Origin: Candidatus Latescibacterota bacterium
Lineage (GTDB): Bacteria; Latescibacterota; UBA2968; GCA-2709665
DNA length: 64,000 bases
Reading direction: 5' to 3'
Assembly (NCBI GenBank): GCA_965219455.1
Contig: OZ244744.1
Coordinates: 5,504,001-5,568,000, forward strand
The position numbers were made by a program, and so were the translations under genes. Within the stretch, counting starts at the first letter, position 1; the number at the start of each line of letters is the position of its first letter. A model generated the notes under the pieces. That model did not search any database and had not been told where the DNA came from. It saw only the letters and a list, made by a program, of their open reading frames with translations. Below are positions 61,132 to 64,000 of this stretch, piece after piece.

Positions 61132-63777
61132 TCAAGGGGTAAGCGTCCGGGCAATACGGAAACCGATGACGTCGTTCCGTTTGCCGGCGGTGTTCCCGTC
61201 GCGGTCCGCGGCGCGGAGGTTCCCCGGGTAGACGTACCACGAGCCGCCGCGCAACACGCGCTTCGAACAATCGCCCCGCTCCCACGCTGATCCTTCCGCA
61301 GGCGCACCCGTATAGCTGTCGTTCCCGCAATCCTCAACCCACTCCCATACGTTCCCGTGCACGTCATACAAGCCCCACCCATTGGCGCTGAAACTGCCCA
61401 CAGATACCGTCTTTTCCCGATACAAACCCTTGCGACCGCCGCCGTACGTATGTTTGCCATTATAATTCGCCTGATCCGTCGATATTGTCGATCCAAAATG
61501 AAACGGGGTCGTTGTTTCCGCACGAGCAACGTACTCCCATTCCGACTCACTCAACAAGCGATACCTTGCACCCGTCTTTTCCGACAACCACTGAACGTAC
61601 AACTGCGCGTCATCCCAACTCACGTTGATCACCGGGCGATTCCCGCGCCCCCAGCCCCTGTCGCTGGGACGATATCCCCCGCAACCCCCAGCGGACGCGC
61701 ACGCGTCCCACTGTGCAAACGTCACTTCATACACTCCAACCGCAAACCGATAACCGATCACCACGCGATGGCGCGGACCCTCGTTATCGTAACGTCCCTC
61801 CTCGCCGCCGGGAGACCCCATCATGAATGAGCCCGACGGTACCACCACCATCTCCGGACAATCCGCGCAGTCCCTGAATTTTCCGCCTACAGTCCCACGC
61901 AGCCGCTGGGCCTCACGCCCTGCCGACAGACCACGCACCAATCCGGACAACGTTGACGCTTCCGCATCGACTGCGCGTAATGAATCCACATAGCCATCGG
62001 CCCTGTCAAATGCCTCATCTTCCAGGGCTTCCTCAAACTTGCCCTTATACCGCTCGATCTTAGCCTGGCGAAGACGTTCTGCTTCCTCTGCAGCCCTGCG
62101 TGCACGCTCGGCTTCCTGACGACTTCGCTCCGCCGCGCGTGCAGACGACAGACGATCTCCCAACTGTGACAACAAGCGAGCAGATGCATTGACAGAGCGC
62201 AGCGATTCCACGTACCTGCCCGCTGCATCGAAATCCTTTCGGCCGAGCGATTCCTCGAATTTTCGTTTGAAATCCGCCACTTTGGCCTGATGAAGGCGTT
62301 CCGCCTCTTCCGCTGCCAGCCGCTCCCTTCGCGCTTCCCGCTGACGACGCTGTTCCGCACCGCGCGCAGCAGACAGACGGTCTGTCAGGCTCGACAATAC
62401 GGGCGCATCGACCCACGCGCCCCGTATGCGAGACACATATTCTTCCGCCTTGTCGAACTCCTTGGTACGCAATGACGCATCAAACTTCGTCACGTAGCGG
62501 CCGATTACGCTGTCCAGTCCCGCGCTCGCCTCCTTCTGACCGGGCGCCAGGGCCAATACCTCCTGGTATTTCTCCCAGGCATTATTGCCCGCGGGACTCG
62601 TCAGCCGGTCCCGCGCCAGGTCTTCCGCAGCACCGGACAATAGCGCGGAGATCTTCGCTGTTTGTTCCCCTTCCTGCGCCTGCCGGCGCTGCGCCGGCAG
62701 ATGGATGTTCTCATAGTAGTAATAGCCCCCGCCGATCAGAAGCGCCAACACACATACGAGAACGGCGGCGAACAACGGTCCTTTGCGCTTCCCGGGCTGC
62801 CTGACGGGTGAATCATTGACGATCTCGCGCTGCCGTGATCTCGGTGGGCGACCCTTTGCGGGCTTGACGACCGGCCGCGGTTTCTTCGCGGTGCCCGGCG
62901 TCTTTCCGGAAAGCGTAGTACGCCACGCGCCCACGCTCTGCGGGCGGTCCCTTTCATCCACCTTTAATGCCCAATCTATCGCCGCCAGAAATCCGGCGCT
63001 CGCCTGACCCGCGCAACGCTCGGCCACCGGCGTCAGCGGATCATTGCGTACCCGATCGGTCGCATCGTCCGGGACGTCACCCGTCAGCGCGTGGTAGCAG
63101 ACAGCGCCCAGCGCATACACGTCCGTCCAGGGCCCCTGGTCGCCGCGACTGGAATACTGCTCGATGGGCGCGTAACCCGGTGTGATGATCGACGTAACCG
63201 AGCGGCTGCGCGCCCCGATCGCCTGCCGCGCCGCGCCGAAGTCCAGCAGTACCGGCGAATTGTCCTCGTCACGGATGATGATATTGCCGGGTTTGACGTC
63301 ACGGTGCAGAAAATCAGCCCCGTGAACCACTTCCAGACCATCCAGGATCGGATATAGGATCGCCTTCAGTTCCTCTTCGTCCAACGTCTTTCTGCTTCTC
63401 AGGACCTGGGAAAGCGTCTCCCCCTCGGCGTATTCCATCACGATATATGCCGTGCTGTGCGCTTCGAAAAAGTGATGCACGCGCACGATATTGGCATGCT
63501 GGAAACGCGCCAGTATCCGCGCTTCATCCAGGAACCGGTCCAGGCCCCATTTGAAATCCGCGGACGCTTCCGACGACTGCGGGACCACCGACATGTCGTT
63601 TTCCCGCGTCGCGAGATCGGATGGCAGATACTCTTTGATCGCCACGGGGATATCCAGCGCGATATTCCACCCCAGATAGGTGATCCCGAATCCGCCCTGG
63701 CCCAATACACGGTGAAACTCGAAGTCCTGTATTCGCGTGCCCTGTGGAAGCGCCAACCGGTGGTGCGCGTCGTTCAT
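61132..63777 (-). CDS. Receptor-like Ser/Thr kinase - TM - stalk - CLec (K4, DGR target)
   Basis: Intact kinase motifs with a divergent N-lobe; TM; CLec ending RGGSW...GFRIARTLTP. Confidence 0.93.
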   Translation of the reverse strand: MNDAHHRLALPQGTRIQDFEFHRVLGQGGFGITYLGWNIALDIPVAIKEYLPSDLATRENDMSVVPQSSEASADFKWGLDRFLDEARILARFQHANIVRVHHFFEAHSTAYIVMEYAEGETLSQVLRSRKTLDEEELKAILYPILDGLEVVHGADFLHRDVKPGNIIIRDEDNSPVLLDFGAARQAIGARSRSVTSIITPGYAPIEQYSSRGDQGPWTDVYALGAVCYHALTGDVPDDATDRVRNDPLTPVAERCAGQASAGFLAAIDWALKVDERDRPQSVGAWRTTLSGKTPGTAKKPRPVVKPAKGRPPRSRQREIVNDSPVRQPGKRKGPLFAAVLVCVLALLIGGGYYYYENIHLPAQRRQAQEGEQTAKISALLSGAAEDLARDRLTSPAGNNAWEKYQEVLALAPGQKEASAGLDSVIGRYVTKFDASLRTKEFDKAEEYVSRIRGAWVDAPVLSSLTDRLSAARGAEQRRQREARRERLAAEEAERLHQAKVADFKRKFEESLGRKDFDAAGRYVESLRSVNASARLLSQLGDRLSSARAAERSRQEAERARRAAEEAERLRQAKIERYKGKFEEALEDEAFDRADGYVDSLRAVDAEASTLSGLVRGLSAGREAQRLRGTVGGKFRDCADCPEMVVVPSGSFMMGSPGGEEGRYDNEGPRHRVVIGYRFAVGVYEVTFAQWDACASAGGCGGYRPSDRGWGRGNRPVINVSWDDAQLYVQWLSEKTGARYRLLSESEWEYVARAETTTPFHFGSTISTDQANYNGKHTYGGGRKGLYREKTVSVGSFSANGWGLYDVHGNVWEWVEDCGNDSYTGAPAEGSAWERGDCSKRVLRGGSWYVYPGNLRAADRDGNTAGKRNDVIGFRIARTLTP
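61148..61262 (-). repeat. DGR variable repeat VR4
   Basis: Versus the local TR: 14 changes at adenines and 6 at non-adenines, all six shared with VR1. Confidence 0.8.
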
Positions 63778-64000
63778 GGTGATATCCTCACGGTTTGTGC
63801 AACTCCCCGCAAACTACGAGTTTGCGGCACGCATTGAGTTCACGTGGCGCTTTTTGCTACAGTTTTAGTTGCGCGGCGCCCGCGCTTCGGTTCAGAATGA
63901 CAGGCCGGTCGATCACCATCCGCGTATCGTGTGCCACACACCTGCGCCCGGATTGCCATGCTGAGGAAGCCTACAAGGCCGACGATGCGTCCGCGTCAAT

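Overview
GC-rich bacterial chromosomal window. Bases 1-36 kb are mostly housekeeping and metabolic genes: partial mutL, class III aminotransferase, heparinase II/III-type lyase, hpt, UDG, mobA, archease-COG0523-rtcB, PBP1A, class I aldolase, folE, ychF, a molybdenum hydroxylase operon with two large subunits, vapBC, an ABC-2 exporter and lexA. From ~36.3 kb to the window end is a minus-strand signalling island. It holds a complete diversity-generating retroelement (target gene - avd - RT - TR). It also holds four paralogous receptor-like Ser/Thr kinases with a TM helix and an extracytoplasmic FGE-sulfatase/CLec domain ending in a variable repeat, plus two PP2C phosphatases and two stand-alone FHA proteins. 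The island further contains two membrane-anchored trypsin-stalk-TM-FHA proteins (one with a broken catalytic triad) and a MotA/TolQ/ExbB-like protein with a single-TM Asp-bearing partner. By manual alignment VR3 differs from the TR only at adenines (19/19) and VR2 almost only at adenines. VR1 and VR4 share non-adenine differences that point to a second TR outside the window. The gene carrying the cognate VR3 is split by one in-frame TAG. A group II intron has inserted antisense into a dispersed repeat inside the island, and several REP-like repeat families are present. All calls come from motif recognition and hand alignment; no database searches were run.
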